From the human T2T-CHM13v2.0 reference genome, Homo sapiens, in assembly GCF_009914755.1 (NCBI RefSeq), contig NC_060928.1: a stretch of DNA of 64,000 bases; one strand, given 5' to 3'. A model generated the notes under the pieces. The model searched no databases, was not told where the DNA came from, and saw only the letters and a list, made by a program, of their open reading frames with translations. Position 1 is the first letter of the stretch. The number at the start of each line of letters is the position of its first letter. Of this stretch, positions 1 through 16,363 are shown piece by piece. The position numbers and the translations under genes are program-made.

Positions 1-98
1 ATGTTGGCCAGGATGGTCGCAATCTCCTGAGCTCATGATCGGCCCGCCTGGGCCTCCCAAAGTGCTGGGATTACAGGTGTGAGGCACCATGCCTGGCC
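1..98 (-). mobile_element. Alu 5' part (left monomer; runs off the window start)
   Basis: Reverse complement reads GGCCAGGCATGGTGCCTCACACCTGTAATCCCAGCACTTTGGGAGGCC, the Alu 5' end. Confidence 0.95.
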
Positions 99-106
99 AG
101 GAGATA

Positions 107-2988
<2,882 letters not shown>

Positions 2989-3214
2989 TCAGGCAGCAGC
3001 ATCTGCGGTTCACCAATATCTGCTGTTCTACAGCCACCGCTGCAGATACCCAGGCAAACAGGGTCTGGAATGGACCTCTAGCAAACTCCAACAGACTTGC
3101 AGCTGAGGGTCCTGTCTGTTAAAAGGAAAACTAACAAACAGAAAGGATATCTGCACCAAAAACCCATCTGTACATCACCGTCATCAAAGACCAAAGGTAG
3201 ATAAAACCACAAAG

Positions 3215-4231
3215 ATGGGAAATAAACAGAGCAGAAAAACTGGAAACTCTAAAAATCAGAGCATCTCTCCTACTCCAAAGGAACGCAGCTCCTCACCAGC
3301 AATGGAACAAAGCTGGACAGAGAATGACTTTGACGAGTTGAGAGAAGAAGGCTTTAGAAAATCAAACTACTCTGCGCTACAGGAGGAAATTCGAACCAAT
3401 GGCAAAGAAGTTAAAAGTTTTGAAAAAAAATTAGACGAATGGATAACTAGAATAACCAATGCAGAGAAGTCCTTAAAGGACCTGATGGAGTTGAAAACCA
3501 AGGCATGAGAGCTACGTGACAAATTCAGAAGGCTCAGTAGCAGCTGCGATCAACTGGAAGAAAGAGTATCAGCGATGGAAGACAAAAGGAATGAAATGAA
3601 GTGTGAAGAGAAGTTTAGAGAAAAAAGAATAAAAAGAAATGAACAAAGCCTCCAAGAAATATGGGACTATGAAAAAGACCAAATCTACGTCTGATTGTTG
3701 TACTTGAACATGATGGGGAGAATGGAACCAAGTTGGAAAACACTCTGCAGGATATTATCCAGGAGAACTTCCCCATTCTAGCAAGGCAGGCCAACATTCA
3801 GATTCAGGAAATACAGAGAACACCATAAAGATACTCCTCGAGGAGAGCAACCCCAAGACACATAATTCTCAGATTCACCAAAGTTGAAATGAAGGAATAA
3901 ATGTTAAGGGCAGCCAGAGAGAAAGGTCGGGTTACCCACAAAGGGAAGCCCATCAGACTAACAGCTGATCTCTCAGCAGAAACTCTACAAACCAGAAGAG
4001 AGTGGGGACTAATATTCAACATTCTTAAAGAAAATAATTTTCAACCCAGAATTTCATATCCAGCCAAATTAAGCTTCATCAGTGAAGGAGAAATAAAATA
4101 CTTTACAGACAAGCAAATGCTGAGAGATTTTTGTCACCACCAGGCCTGCCCTAAAAGAGCTCCTGAAGGAAGCCCTAAACATGGAAAGGAACAACCGGTA
4201 CCAGCCACTGCAAAAACATGCCAAATTGTAA
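3215..4231 (+). pseudogene. Disrupted L1 ORF1p (RNA-binding chaperone)
   Basis: ORF1p peptides in 3215-3508 and 3901-4287. Premature TGA at 3506-3508 plus further stops and frameshifts. Ancestral stop TAA at 4229-4231. Confidence 0.92.
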
Positions 4232-4294
4232 AGGCCATCGATTCTAGGAAGAAACTGCATCAACTAACGAGCAAAATAACCAGCTAACATCATA

Positions 4295-5152
4295 ATGACA
4301 GGATCAAATTCACACATAACAATATTAACTTTAAATGTAAATGGGCTAAATGCTCCAATTAAAAGACACAGACTGGCAAATTGGATAAAGAGTCAAGACC
4401 CATCAGTGTGCTGTATTCAGGAAACCCATCTCACATGCAGAGACACACATAGGCTCAAAATAAAGGGATGGAGGAAGATCTACCAAGCAAATGGAAAACA
4501 AAAAAAGGCAGGAGTTGCAATCCTAGTCTCTGATAAAACAGACTTTAAACCAACAAAGAGCAAAAGAGACAAAGAAGGCCATTACATAATGGTAAAGCAA
4601 TCAATTCACAAGAAGAGCTAACTGTCCTAAATATATATGCACCCAATACAGGAGCACCCAGATTCATAAAGCAAGTCCTTAGTGACCTACAAAGAGACTT
4701 AGACTCCCACACATTAATAATGGGAGACTTTAACACCCCACTGTCAACATTAGACAGATCAACAAGACAGAAAGTTAACAAGGATACCCAGGAATTGAAC
4801 TCAGTTCTGCACCAAGTGGACCTAATAGTCATCTACAGAACTCTCCACCCCAAATCAACAGAATATACATTCTTCTCAGCACCACACCTATTCCAAAATT
4901 GACCACATAGTTGGAAGTAAAGCTCTCCTCAGCAAATGTAAAAGAACAGAAATTATAACAAACTGTCTCTCAGACCACAGTGCAATCAAACTAGAACTCA
5001 GAATTAAGAAACTCACTCAAAACCACTCACCTACATGGAAATTGAACAACCTGCTCCTGAATGACTACTGGGTAAATAATGAAATGAAGGCAGAAATAAA
5101 GATGTTCTTTGAAACCAGTAAGAACAAAGACACAACATACCAGAATCTCTGG
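4295..5152 (+). pseudogene. Disrupted L1 ORF2p APE-like endonuclease domain
   Basis: TLNVNGLN, CCIQETH and MGDFNTPL motifs are split across frames by a frameshift near 4610. Confidence 0.92.
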
Positions 5153-5168
5153 ATCTTTAAATGTCTGT

Positions 5169-5791
5169 TGTGATTGATAGTTAATTTTTGGTGTCAACTT
5201 GAGTGGATTAAGTAACACCTGGAGAACTAGTAAAACTTTACTCCTGGGTGTGTCCTGGGTATGTCTGTGTGGGTGTTTCCAGAGGAGATTGGCCTGTGAG
5301 TTGGTGGACTGTGTGCCGAAGGTCTGCCCCCCATGTGGGTGGGCACCATTTAATCGGCTGGGGTCCCTGGTAGAAGAAAAAAGGCTGAGGAAAAGCGATC
5401 CAGCCCTGCTCCTTGATCCTCCTGCTCCCACCCTCCTGGAACTGCAACACTATTCTTTTCTGGCCCTTGGACCTTAGAACTCCATGCTCTCTAGCCTTTG
5501 GACTCTAGGATTTACCTAAAACCTCCCGCTCCCATCCATTTATTATCCAGCCTTTAATCATGGACTGGGAATTACACCATTGACTTCCCTGGTTCTGAAG
5601 CTTTAAGTCTTGGGCTGAGCCATGCTACTAGCATCTCACGGTTTCCAGTTTGCATATGGGCTATAAGGAAAGTTCTCAGCCTCCATAGCTGAATGAGCCA
5701 ATTCTGCTAATAAATCCCCTCTCATCTGTCTATCTATGTATTTATCTGTGTTTTATTGTGTCTCTCTCTCTGGAGATCCCTAACTAACACA
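5169..5791 (+). mobile_element. MLT2 (ERVL) solo LTR, MLT2B-like
   Basis: TG...CA ends, GTGTCAACTTGAGTGGATTAAG start, CCCTAACTAACACA end. Perfect 5-bp TSD TCTGT at 5164-5168 and 5792-5796. Confidence 0.9.
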
Positions 5792-7259
5792 TCTGTTCAT
5801 TTTATTGATGACTAAAGGGATATTGTGAAATCTTTATGTAATACAGCCCTCCAAGGATCAAAGCAAGAGATCACTTTAGAGCTGGGATTCCTTTATTATA
5901 TTTACTATTCAAATTTCTCTGTTGAAATGAAAGATAAGCTTTCTTTCTGCTGAATTCTTTGTATTAAAATGTTACAGTGAGATTTCATTGTGTTTTGCCA
6001 TCCATTTTTCAGATTTTTCAAAGTACAGAGAGTAGAATGTTCTTATTTTTTTTAAGTTATGTTTTGGCTAATTTCTTTTAACTTGGGTATACAAGTTAAT
6101 CGTATTCAGTTTGGTAAAACAATAATTTATAGTTTATTTATTTAAAGTTTCAAATCTGAATCACATACTTCATAGCAGGAAAATATATATAAAAGGGAAC
6201 AAAGCTTACAAACAATAAAAAGTATCACAGAACAATAATTTGGTAAATATCCAATCACTCAAATTGACTATGGATCTCAATATGCAGTTTTTGAGTTCTA
6301 ATTGGATTTGATAACCTATCACTTCTTTATGCCTGCATGCAGAATGTATTTAAAAACCCATCTCTTTCTTGAATAGTTTCAATAAACAATTAAATGTTTA
6401 TACTGTATCTTACACCATGCTGAAATTATATGATTTTCAGTAATAAATGACAACTTTGATCATGTCTGTATTTATCCCTCATTAGCCTTAGAACTTCTCT
6501 GCTTATTTTTAAAAGCTAATGATTTCCTTGGTCATTTAACATGTACCAATTTTCACCCGCAGATATTCAGGTTGTTGCAAACTCATGATGAAAGAAAAAA
6601 ATTGGTTCATACATATATATATATATTTCTTTTGAATAGTAAAAGGCTGCCCTGAGATTTTAAAACAAGAGAATTGGAATTTTCTGAGCATTTATTTGGC
6701 TAAAACAGATTTCATGGTTTACAGTAATTGGGGTAAAATTTGGGTTGCCATTCAATATTTTCTCTCTCTCTCAAGCTGATTGGTTTGATTGTTTACCAAA
6801 AATCCAGCTCCCAAATTGCAGGAACGCAGAATATCCTAGGATGATGGTTTTCACTCATTCCATGACTTTTGAGGTTGCTAGTGTACATGCAAGATCATCC
6901 GATGAAAAAGGGAGTGTTCTTTCCTAATAAGTGCAAAGAAAGGATTGAATTAGACGAATTCGTGAGAGTTTCACAATTATAGAATCCATCTCAGTTGCCA
7001 TTTAGACCTCTGGTTCACTCATTGTTTACAGTAAAGTTACTTTAAATTTAAGTATATGTTTATATGAAATGAATGTTTAATTATAGAAGGTTATTTAACA
7101 TGACATATATTATAAAATGTTCTTTCCTTTTCTTGAAGGATCTTCTAGACATATCAAACCGTACTTTTGATTAATCTTGTAGAGTTAAATTTGTATTTCT
7201 ACAGTTTTTACATTGTTGAGTCAGCCCAGCCAGTTTTTTAAAAAATAAAGTGTAGCCAT

Positions 7260-7816
7260 TTATGGTGGGTAGGCTTTTAAGATGACACTGAAGATTCTAC
7301 CCCTTCCTTTGAGTGGGTGGAACCTGTGACTGTGATGGGATTATTCTTGTGATTATGTTATCTTATATGGCAAAACAGATTCCGCAGATACAATTAAGGT
7401 CTCTAATCAGTTGACATTGAATTAATCAAAAGGGAGCTCTTCCTGCTGTCCTTGAAGAAGCAAACTACCATGTCCTGGACTGCCTATGGCATGGGCATTG
7501 GCAAGTTTCTGAGGGTGGCCTGCAGAAGATGGGAGCAGTCCCTGACCTACAACCAGCAAAAAGGTGGAGACTTTTAGTCTCTACAGGCTCAAGGTACAGA
7601 ATTCTGCCAACTCCAGTAAGTATGGAAGAATCTGAACCTAAAATGAGATTGATGTCCTGGCTGCCACCTTGATTTTCGCCTGTTAGAAACTCTCAGAGGA
7701 CCCAGGTAATCTGTATTTTGGACTCCTAACCCAAGGAAAGGGTAAGGTAGTAAATTCATCTCATTGTAAGTTGCTAAATTGGTAATAATTTGTTACGTAG
7801 CAATAGAAAGCTAATC
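7260..7816 (+). mobile_element. MaLR LTR (MLT1E-like)
   Basis: GCAGATACAATTAAGGTCTCTAATCAGTTGAC motif and 3' end TTTGTTACGTAGCAATAGAAAGCTAAT. Confidence 0.8.
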
Positions 7817-8701
7817 TACTACAAATAGATGATTTTTAAAAGGGCATACTTGCTCATAAAAAATGTTCATGGAACAATACTTATGAAAATCAGTATTTAT
7901 TAGCATAAATAAGATAATTCTTTAGGAACATTAAAATTCCTGTGCTTGGGGGCACTCAGTCAGGAGGTGTGCAAGTTTCTAGGCAAACTGGTGGAATGCC
8001 CAGGTGGCCAGAACACTAGGCAGGTTTTTCAGTGGTAGGGAGTAATTGTTTATGGGTTTAGAAATTCCCTTATCATTAAACACTACAAATGAAGACATTA
8101 TTACCTTAGCACACAACTTTTGGTTATCTGATTCTGATGAAGTTGAGCAATCAATTTTCAAATAAAATATGATTCATATTTAAGTGCCAAGCAATTATTT
8201 TCACTAAGTTCATGAATTAACTACAGTTATTTTATAGGAAAGTGGTTGGCTACGTTTTAAGGCTTATTTACATGACATAGTGCAGTGTATATTTGTGAGG
8301 TGGATGGACACAAATAATTAGAGATAAGTCTTAATATTCTGATCATGAAATCTTTCAAATTCAATTATTTGCTTCATGTGAAATAAAATAATACATATGA
8401 GTCACAAATACAAGCTTTGAAATCTATTCGCTGTGATGATTTTTAATTTTGTTTTCCTTTTGTATTGGCGGGTACATATTTTATGAAATTGTGATATGCC
8501 TTTAAGTTATTATTGCTTGAAGTAATCATCCTTAAACACGTCATCTAAATGTCTCATTCATGATGTCTACCACCTGTCTCCTAATATCTAAGTAACAAGC
8601 AAGGTGATTTTAAGAATGATATGTCCTTGCTATATAATGTTATACTTTTACTTATTAGGGTCACAAAATGTAATTAAAGGTGGGTAAGTTAGAAAATTCT
8701 C

Positions 8702-9157
8702 TGTGGTGGATTGTTTTATCTTTCCTAACTATTCTCTTCCCTCTTTGATAATGAACTATGTATTCACCCCCCACCCATCGCTTTGCCATGTGGATTGCCA
8801 TACTTCTTGTATGGTTGAGTACACTTTCTGACTACTTGTTTAGTTTTCACCATATGACTTGTGGGAACCAATGAAATTTGAGCAAAAGAGATGGAGTTTT
8901 ACATTTAGCCAGGAGCTTTAAGAATATCGTGGGTTGCTCAGTGCTCTTGGTCTTTTTGATACATCATGAAAAGAGTATGTCCCAAGTAGAACCTGCTCCT
9001 TCAGCCCAATCTAAAAACGAAAGTCTTAGGCAGCAAAAGTGTAGCCTGGCAGCCAGAATTGATCTGCAACTGAACAAGCAACCAGTGAGATATAATTCCT
9101 TTTGTTGTTTTATAAGCTTTTGATGTTTGTTTCCACAACAAAGCTGAACGATGTAGT
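8702..9157 (+). mobile_element. Old MaLR LTR (MLT1H/I/J-like)
   Basis: CCATATGACTTGTGGGAACCAATGAAAT and CATCATGAAAAGAGTATGTCCCAAGTAG motifs, with a MaLR-type 3' end. Confidence 0.65.
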
Positions 9158-12149
9158 CTGAAATTTAATTTTCTTTGAAATGAAAATGTGACCACTTTTA
9201 TTTCCCTGATTAGCATTTCAGTAGTTTTATATTGCCTTAAGACTACAGGCCAAAGGCAAGTCTTTCATAAATCCTGTATGTTTGGGGCCATATTGCCCAA
9301 CCCCCACCCTTTAAAAAAAAAAAAAGAATTTGTAAAATTCACCAGATATTCTCCTTATGTCAGGAATTCTTTCCCTATGTCCCTCCCCACCACTTGCCTT
9401 TGACAGCAGGAATAATATATGCAAAATTCCTATGGTTATACATAATTATATTTAGGATTCATGTCTTATTTTGTACTTTCTTTCCAAAATAATAGGCATT
9501 GTGTTTCTTTGTATTCTAGTTTATCTACAGTACCTATTACAGTGCTAGTACACAGTAGAAACTAATAAATATATGTTGTATGAAGCAAAACATAACATCA
9601 ATTTTTTGATATACCGTCTTTATCCCAAAAAAGTCATATACTGTCTTCAGATTTTTAGTGTCATTAAGGTGCTTTTAATTTTATTTTAATTCATTTCTAA
9701 AGACTCAGAACATGATGTTTCTATAAGAACTGTGTTTTTAAATATTACTGGAATATTTATTAAGTCAAAAGTGTAACAAGTGTATTGCATATCATCTGTA
9801 CTATTATTTCTCATGGAGCAAGAACTCATTTTCACTTTTCTTAGTGCCTAAGACTAGTTGAATGGTTTTCTGTTGCCATAGTAACACTACTCAGTTTTTA
9901 CAGTGGTTTCCCCCATATTTTAAACATTGTATTATTTCATTAAAGGAACTTAAGAATTTTATGGCAAATAATATTGTCTGTTCCTAAAGGCTAAAATACA
10001 CACAATTTCACATGCTTTCTGTACATATTTAAATTTGACTTTTAAATTATACTTATTTTAATGTAACTCCACTCTTTTGTGTTTTAAGCTTTATGTATTC
10101 CAATTTATAGAGTCAACCTATATTCTTTTTTAAATTTTTTTTTCAGCATGTGTTTCTAATAAAAATCATTGCTTTAATCCATCAAATTTAAATTTTAGCT
10201 ATTAAGACCTGAAAAGAAATATAGCACAGGAAAAGGTGGGTTCAGAATAGACCAGAGGCAATTATGTAAGGCATACTTGGAATACTATTGTGCTAATCAA
10301 AGATTGGAGGGCATCTGGCTGAGATGGTGACTGGACTATTGTTTGATAAAGGACATACAAGGTGTAAATGTGGACCAAGTTGGAAGGATAAGTATTCTCC
10401 TTTAACAATTCTAAGCAGATACAGCTGGTGCTCTTCATATTTTTAGGAGACATAGGTATAATGTGAACAACAAAAAAATGTTGAGAGGGGCACAAATAAC
10501 TCAGATATATTTGTGGTAGACTTTTCCACAAGATAGTATTCAGGATATATTTATGTATTATTATCATTCAATGTTATATCTTAACAAGATGTTTGGGATA
10601 AACTCATAACGTATGCTTTACAATTGTATAGCTGATTTCCTGTGCATTTGGCACATCTGTTTTGCTTCTGATGGTTATACGTATTTTTTCTTCTCTGAGT
10701 GTTGAATTAATATTTAGGGAGTTTGTAGAATGTACAGAGGGGTCACCAGCTGCCAAAGATCTGACAGTCATAGGAGACCTCTTTTCTGAATTTTCATACC
10801 CGGAAGAGCTTGTTAGATGATATAGCATTTTGGTCTAAGCTAAATGTAAAATACCATATTTCTTCTTTCCATAAATAATATTATAACTTTGAATTGGTCT
10901 TTTTATTTTTATATTCTAGGGTAAAGGAGTTTTTGAGACTTTCTTGGAAGAAATGGACTTGAAAAACAGAGTTCAAAGTAAGAAATAAAAGCAGAAAAAA
11001 ATAAAATGGTAGGTGGGAAATCAGTAAATTATTTTATTTTCTTGAAATACTGAATGAATTTTAATTTTTTGGAAATGAAAAAAGAAGAAAGAAAGCAAGA
11101 AAGAAGGAACAAGGAGAAAGTTAGGTTTTAGGCTAAGCTTTCAAGTGTACAAATTTATTGCTTGGCTATACAGATTTAGATTTTGCAGGGAAAAGTGTAG
11201 TGTTGCGCTGATAGAATTCATACACTGTGATAGATAATATCACAGTCATTCTGTATTTTGTAAGGCATTTATGTTAGGAAATCTTTTGTTCTCTGCAATT
11301 AGTGCTTCGTGTATCTTAATTAACTTAATGCCCATCAATTAGCAGGTATTGTTCCCAACCTAAAAAGCAAATTTCAGTAAACTGTGCATATAAATGCTAG
11401 GTTATGAAGTAGTTCTTTCCAACCTCATTGTATTGACTTTAATACTGTTGATGGTGATGATAATAGAGTATAATAATTTATTTTTTGTACACTATGTAAC
11501 AGGTACAGTGCCTTTTCAACTTAACAACAAATCAATGAGGGAAAAATTAAGGCTCAATGTTGCAGCTGTAAAGACTGAAGCAAAAACGTTATTTAACCTT
11601 TCATAAAGATTATAATCATTATAAGAAATATTTTGGGGAATTTGAACCCAGTTTCCCTATACTTTTTCTATTATTCCATGTTGCCTCTTCAAAAGCAAGA
11701 TTAACAGATGTAAATGAAGAAAATGATAAAGAGAATGAAAGTTAATCTAAAGTCTATTGTTTTAGAACACTTAAAATGGATTCTTTTAATTGTAATATAA
11801 CAGGTAATGGTTTATGTGGTAAGGCATTTGGAACTGAGCGATCACAGGTCATTAGGAAATTGGGGTTCAAATGATGTTCTCTTGAATGAGTATGGAAAAA
11901 CATGTACCCTAAAAGATCTTATATTTGGGATTAAGAGCAATGTACATGCCATAAGAACTATTAAATAATTTGGTCACATTTTTGAAAATGAGATATTATT
12001 TTATAGTGCATGGATGCTGTGGTTTGTGGTGTGTATCTTTGGAAGTTTTGCTGGGCACAGAGACCAAAACTTGCTAATTTGATGGCTTTAATGACCTACT
12101 CGGGGGACAGGGAGTGTTGGTTAAATATTTTACTAGCAAGCAGTCTTGG

Positions 12150-12340
12150 CTAGCTGTGGAAATTTCAGGAGCTTTGGAACCAAATATGTGTGCAAATACT
12201 ATTTACAAGATGTGTAACTTCAGAAAATTTACTAAATCTCTCAGACTTCAGGTTCTTTGAATGATACTCAATGTATGGCAGTAATAGCTCATATTTAAAA
12301 GGTCAGGCATATAGGGAACTTTCAATCATATTAGCTCTAT
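12150..12340 (+). mobile_element. MIR SINE fragment
   Basis: Degenerate MIR core (ACTATTTACAAGATGTGTAACTTCAGAAAATTTACTAAATCTCTCAGACTTCAG). Confidence 0.55.
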
Positions 12341-13235
12341 TCTTTCCAGCTCCTTCCACTACTTGTTTGATCTATGTTGCTTCCAGGCTCTGAAAGGATC
12401 TCTATATTTTTCTCCTCTCTCCAGTTACAGATGAATCTTTCTTAAGATTTTAGTAATATATTAATATATGTGATTATCATGGAAAATATGAAAACATTTA
12501 TGTCAGTAGGTAGCCAGTTTGGTTTCTATCTTGCACACTATTCCTGATAACTTCAATAGAATTAACTTGTTCCACTCTATTAAATGGAAGAGGGAAGGAG
12601 AAATGCTTATCCCATATTTATAGTTGACAGAGCAGAAACAAAAAGTAAAATGAGGAGGGGAGAGGGAAAGAGGGAGGGAGGAAGGGAGTGCGGCGGGGAG
12701 ATAGAGGGTGAGCAAGCAAGCACGTGGTATTGAGATTGATTGGGAGAGAGAAAGAGATCTACATGCTGACCAGGAGCAATTCCCATTATTGAACAAAAAA
12801 CAAGAAGTGTGACTGGGAAGCTTCTGGGACTTAATTTTAGTAGAAAAAAACAATTGCAGAGGAAAAAGCACAGAAAACTCTTAAAATATCAATTCATAGT
12901 ATGGATAAGAACTCCTCATTTAGATAAATTGAGTAATTAATAACTGAAACAAAAACCAAGATCATCATCTGTGAAACAGCTTATTTCAAACAATTAATTA
13001 TTCTCTGTCATATGGTTGAACACAGACCAATTGTACAGAGAGACTGCTCTGAAGCACTTTTGAACAGGAGAACTTGTGCGGAACACTGAGAGAAATCCAT
13101 CTCTGAGAGAAATCATTGAAGATATTTCGGTGAAGGATTAGCAAAACTGCCCTAGTTTTCAGTGTATATTTTCATGTTATTGAAATATTATATTAATATC
13201 TCACAACTTTCTTCAATAAATTTGGCAAGTTTGTT

Positions 13236-13236
<1 letters not shown>

Positions 13237-13268
<32 letters not shown>

Positions 13269-13566
13269 TTAAGAGCTAGGGTCTCACTCTGTCTCCTAGG
13301 CTGGAGTGCAGCGGTATGACCTTAGCTCACTGTAGCCTCAAACTCCTCAGTTCATGTGATCCTCCCACCCTAGCCTCCCGAGTAGCTAGGACTATGGGCG
13401 CATGCCACCACAACAGGACAGTGTCTGTATTTTTTTTTTTTTTTTTTGTAGAGACAGTGTCTTGCTATGTTGCCCAGGCTGGTCTCAAACTCCTGGGCTC
13501 AACTGATCTTCCTACCTCAGCCTCCCAAACTGTTGGAATAACAGGCATAAGCCATTGTGCCCAGCC
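13237..13566 (-). mobile_element. AluJ with (CTAT)n microsatellite in its tail
   Basis: AluJ-type AGGGTCTCACTCTGT, CACTGTAGCCTCAAACTCC and CTCAAACTCCTGGGCTCAA. (CTAT)n at ~13237-13265. Confidence 0.92.
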
Positions 13567-13664
13567 TATATTTAAAATTTGCTTAATTTAAAAAACTCTA
13601 TTTGCTTGAATGTTATGACCGTCTAGAGACTTTAAAATAAATTCTACTATCAAAAAGCTACAAG

Positions 13665-13932
13665 TGTGGGTCATGGCAGTTCACACCTGTAATCTCAGCA
13701 GTTTGGGAAGCTGAGGTGGAAGGATCACTTGAGCTGGGGAGTTCAAGACCCGCCTGGGCAACATAGTGAGATTCCCCTTTCTACAAAAAGAAAAAAAAAT
13801 AGCTGGGCATGGTGGGAGGCTGAGGTAGGAGGATCACTTGGGCCTGGGAAGTTGAGGCTGCAATAAGCCTTGATTGTGCCACTATACTTCAGAGTGAAAC
13901 CCTGTCTCAAAAACAACAACAACAACAACAAA
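13665..13932 (+). mobile_element. AluJ with internal deletions and (AAC)n tail
   Basis: CACCTGTAATCTCAGCAGTTTGGGAAGCTGAGG...GGATCACTTGAGC...CCTGTCTCAAAAACAAC. Confidence 0.9.
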
Positions 13933-14256
13933 ACACTAAAAAGCTGCAGGCAGCTACCCTAAACTATCAAAAATATCAACAGATAACCTGTAATCAAGAG
14001 CCTTTGAATGTTTTGAATTCCAGAAAAAAAAATTCTTGGAGATAAAAGCCATTTATTAATAGCTAATATTATGATAATTTTATATGCAGAAAATCTAAAT
14101 GAGATTGGGAATACAGCTAAGCTTTTCTGAGCACTCACTTTGTATTAGGCATTATGGTAGTGTATTATAGGTTATCCCATTAAATTGATTAGGTGACCTC
14201 ATTGCCAATGGCAGGAGAAAGTCACGTCAACGTGACCACAAGGAATTGGTTATTCT

Positions 14257-14382
14257 TATTTTTCAACTTTTATTTTATATTCAGGAGGAACAGGTGCAGG
14301 TTTGTTACCTGGGTGTATTGCCTGATGCTGAGGTTTGGGGTATGAATGATTCTGTCATCCGGGTACTGAGCATAGTATCCAA
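14257..14382 (-). mobile_element. Very short 3' end of an older L1PA (L1PA15/16-like)
   Basis: GTGCAGGTTTGTTACCTGGGTGTATTGCCTGATGCTGAGGTTTGGGG is an L1 3'UTR terminus, flanked by a degenerate TSD AAGGA...TTCTTA. Confidence 0.8.
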
Positions 14383-14546
14383 AGGACTGCCACGTTCTTA
14401 GTATTTCTTATTACTTTAAAAATTCTGTACTCAAATGCTGATCTCTAGCTCCAGATTTCAGGAGTACTTTTGTTTGGCTGCATAAAGACAAGACTATGCC
14501 AGGAATAGATTAGATGCTATTACCCATTTTGGAAATTCGTATACCA

Positions 14547-14627
14547 GATATATTTTCTTGATGCTCATGTGTAACTTCCATTAGTGTTAATGAGAGTTGC
14601 ACTCATGCATGGTGTGGAGAATAGATC
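14547..14627. repeat. Imperfect ~80-bp palindrome (ancient hairpin-type repeat)
   Basis: Arms GATATATTTTC/GAGAATAGATC and GTGTAACTTCCATTA/TAATGAGAGTTGCAC around a central CATTAGTGTTAATG. Confidence 0.7.
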
Positions 14628-15082
14628 CATTACCTCTAAAGGGCAGTTTCCGTTTTAATATGTTGCTCAACTTTTATTACATGTTTCCTTTTTGTTTATA
14701 TTACAGACTCACTCCTTTATTTATAGAAAGGGGTATATAACTGCAGGATTAAACACCTTTGCTGGAAATTTCTTCAGAATAGTTTTTAAGCTATGATGGT
14801 GTGGAACTGTCACAACTACTTTTTGAAGTCTCTCTTCTTGTAAAACTGTTAACATTCTGGATGCATTTGGATCCAATAAAATAATTTAGATTTAAATTAG
14901 ACAATCACTGCAGTAGTTACTGAATCAATTGTTCATATTCACCAGTATTTTCAAATGTACAAAAAGTAGTTTCCCCAGCAACTTAGGCTGATGTTTGAAT
15001 AGAAGGGAAAATAAGCTATTCATTAAAACTTAGGTCTTTCTATAATGTTGGGCCAAGTTGTATAGTCACAAAATATTTTGGA

Positions 15083-15448
<366 letters not shown>

Positions 15449-16014
15449 TAAAAGAAAAGAAAGAGAGAAAAGAAAGGAATTGTAATGTTTTTGACAATTG
15501 TTATAAGGACAGGTTTAAATAATAGTAGAAAATAATCGTAAAGATTGTACAATTATATCCTATATTCCCCACTTCCATACGGATTTCCTCTTAGATATTC
15601 CTTCATCACTGCTATGGATGACGAAATGAACCAGCCTTCAACAAGACAATTATTTATTGATATAAACCATAAAATGTTAATACTTTACTGTCTCATGTGG
15701 TAAAGAATACTATGTTGAATCAAGAAAGTACCACTTACACACAACATTCCTTCCATGTTACTTTGTTGTAAAATATTAATAAAACAGCTTTTGATGTTTA
15801 TCATTGCTTTATAATAATGAATGTGTAAATGATATTTCCATTTAAACAATTAGAGCTTGGAAAATAATGAATCCCTACTGATAAACCTCCCAAACCTGTT
15901 CCCTTTTTAGTTGTCCTCTGATGAAAACATGGCAGATGTATTCCCGTTGCTTCAACCCACTCCTTGAAGACATCGTGATTCTTTCACTCACGACCTTCTG
16001 CTAATATGTCAAAG

Positions 16015-16363
16015 GGCATTAAATCTTATATGACTGTGAGCTCTAAATCCAATATGACTGTTTTCCTTTTAAGAAGAGGAAAACTTGGAAATAGACACAG
16101 ACACATTAGGGAGAAGGCCATGGGAAGACAGAGGCAGGGACTGGCATGACGTATTTATAAACCAAGGAATGTCTGATATTGCTGGCAACCATAGAAGAAG
16201 CAAGGAAGAATTTTTTCCAGAGACCTCAGTGGAACCATGGCCCTGCCTACACTTTTTTTTCTGATTTCTAGCCTCTAAAACTATGAAAGAATACGTTAAT
16301 GTTGTTTTAGCCACTCAGTTTCTTTTTTTTTTTTTTTTACCATAGCCCTAGAAATCTAATATA
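16015..16363 (+). mobile_element. MaLR LTR (MLT1B/C-like), partial
   Basis: CTCTAAATCCAATATGACTG...AAGAAGAGGAAAACTTGGA...GCCCTAGAAATCTAATATA. Confidence 0.8.

Noticed and set aside
10604-10845. Region open on both strands, with PKCYII and ECTEGS strings reminiscent of class C GPCRs
   Set aside because: The two strings are on opposite strands, are bounded by stops and have no surrounding transmembrane homology. Chance matches.
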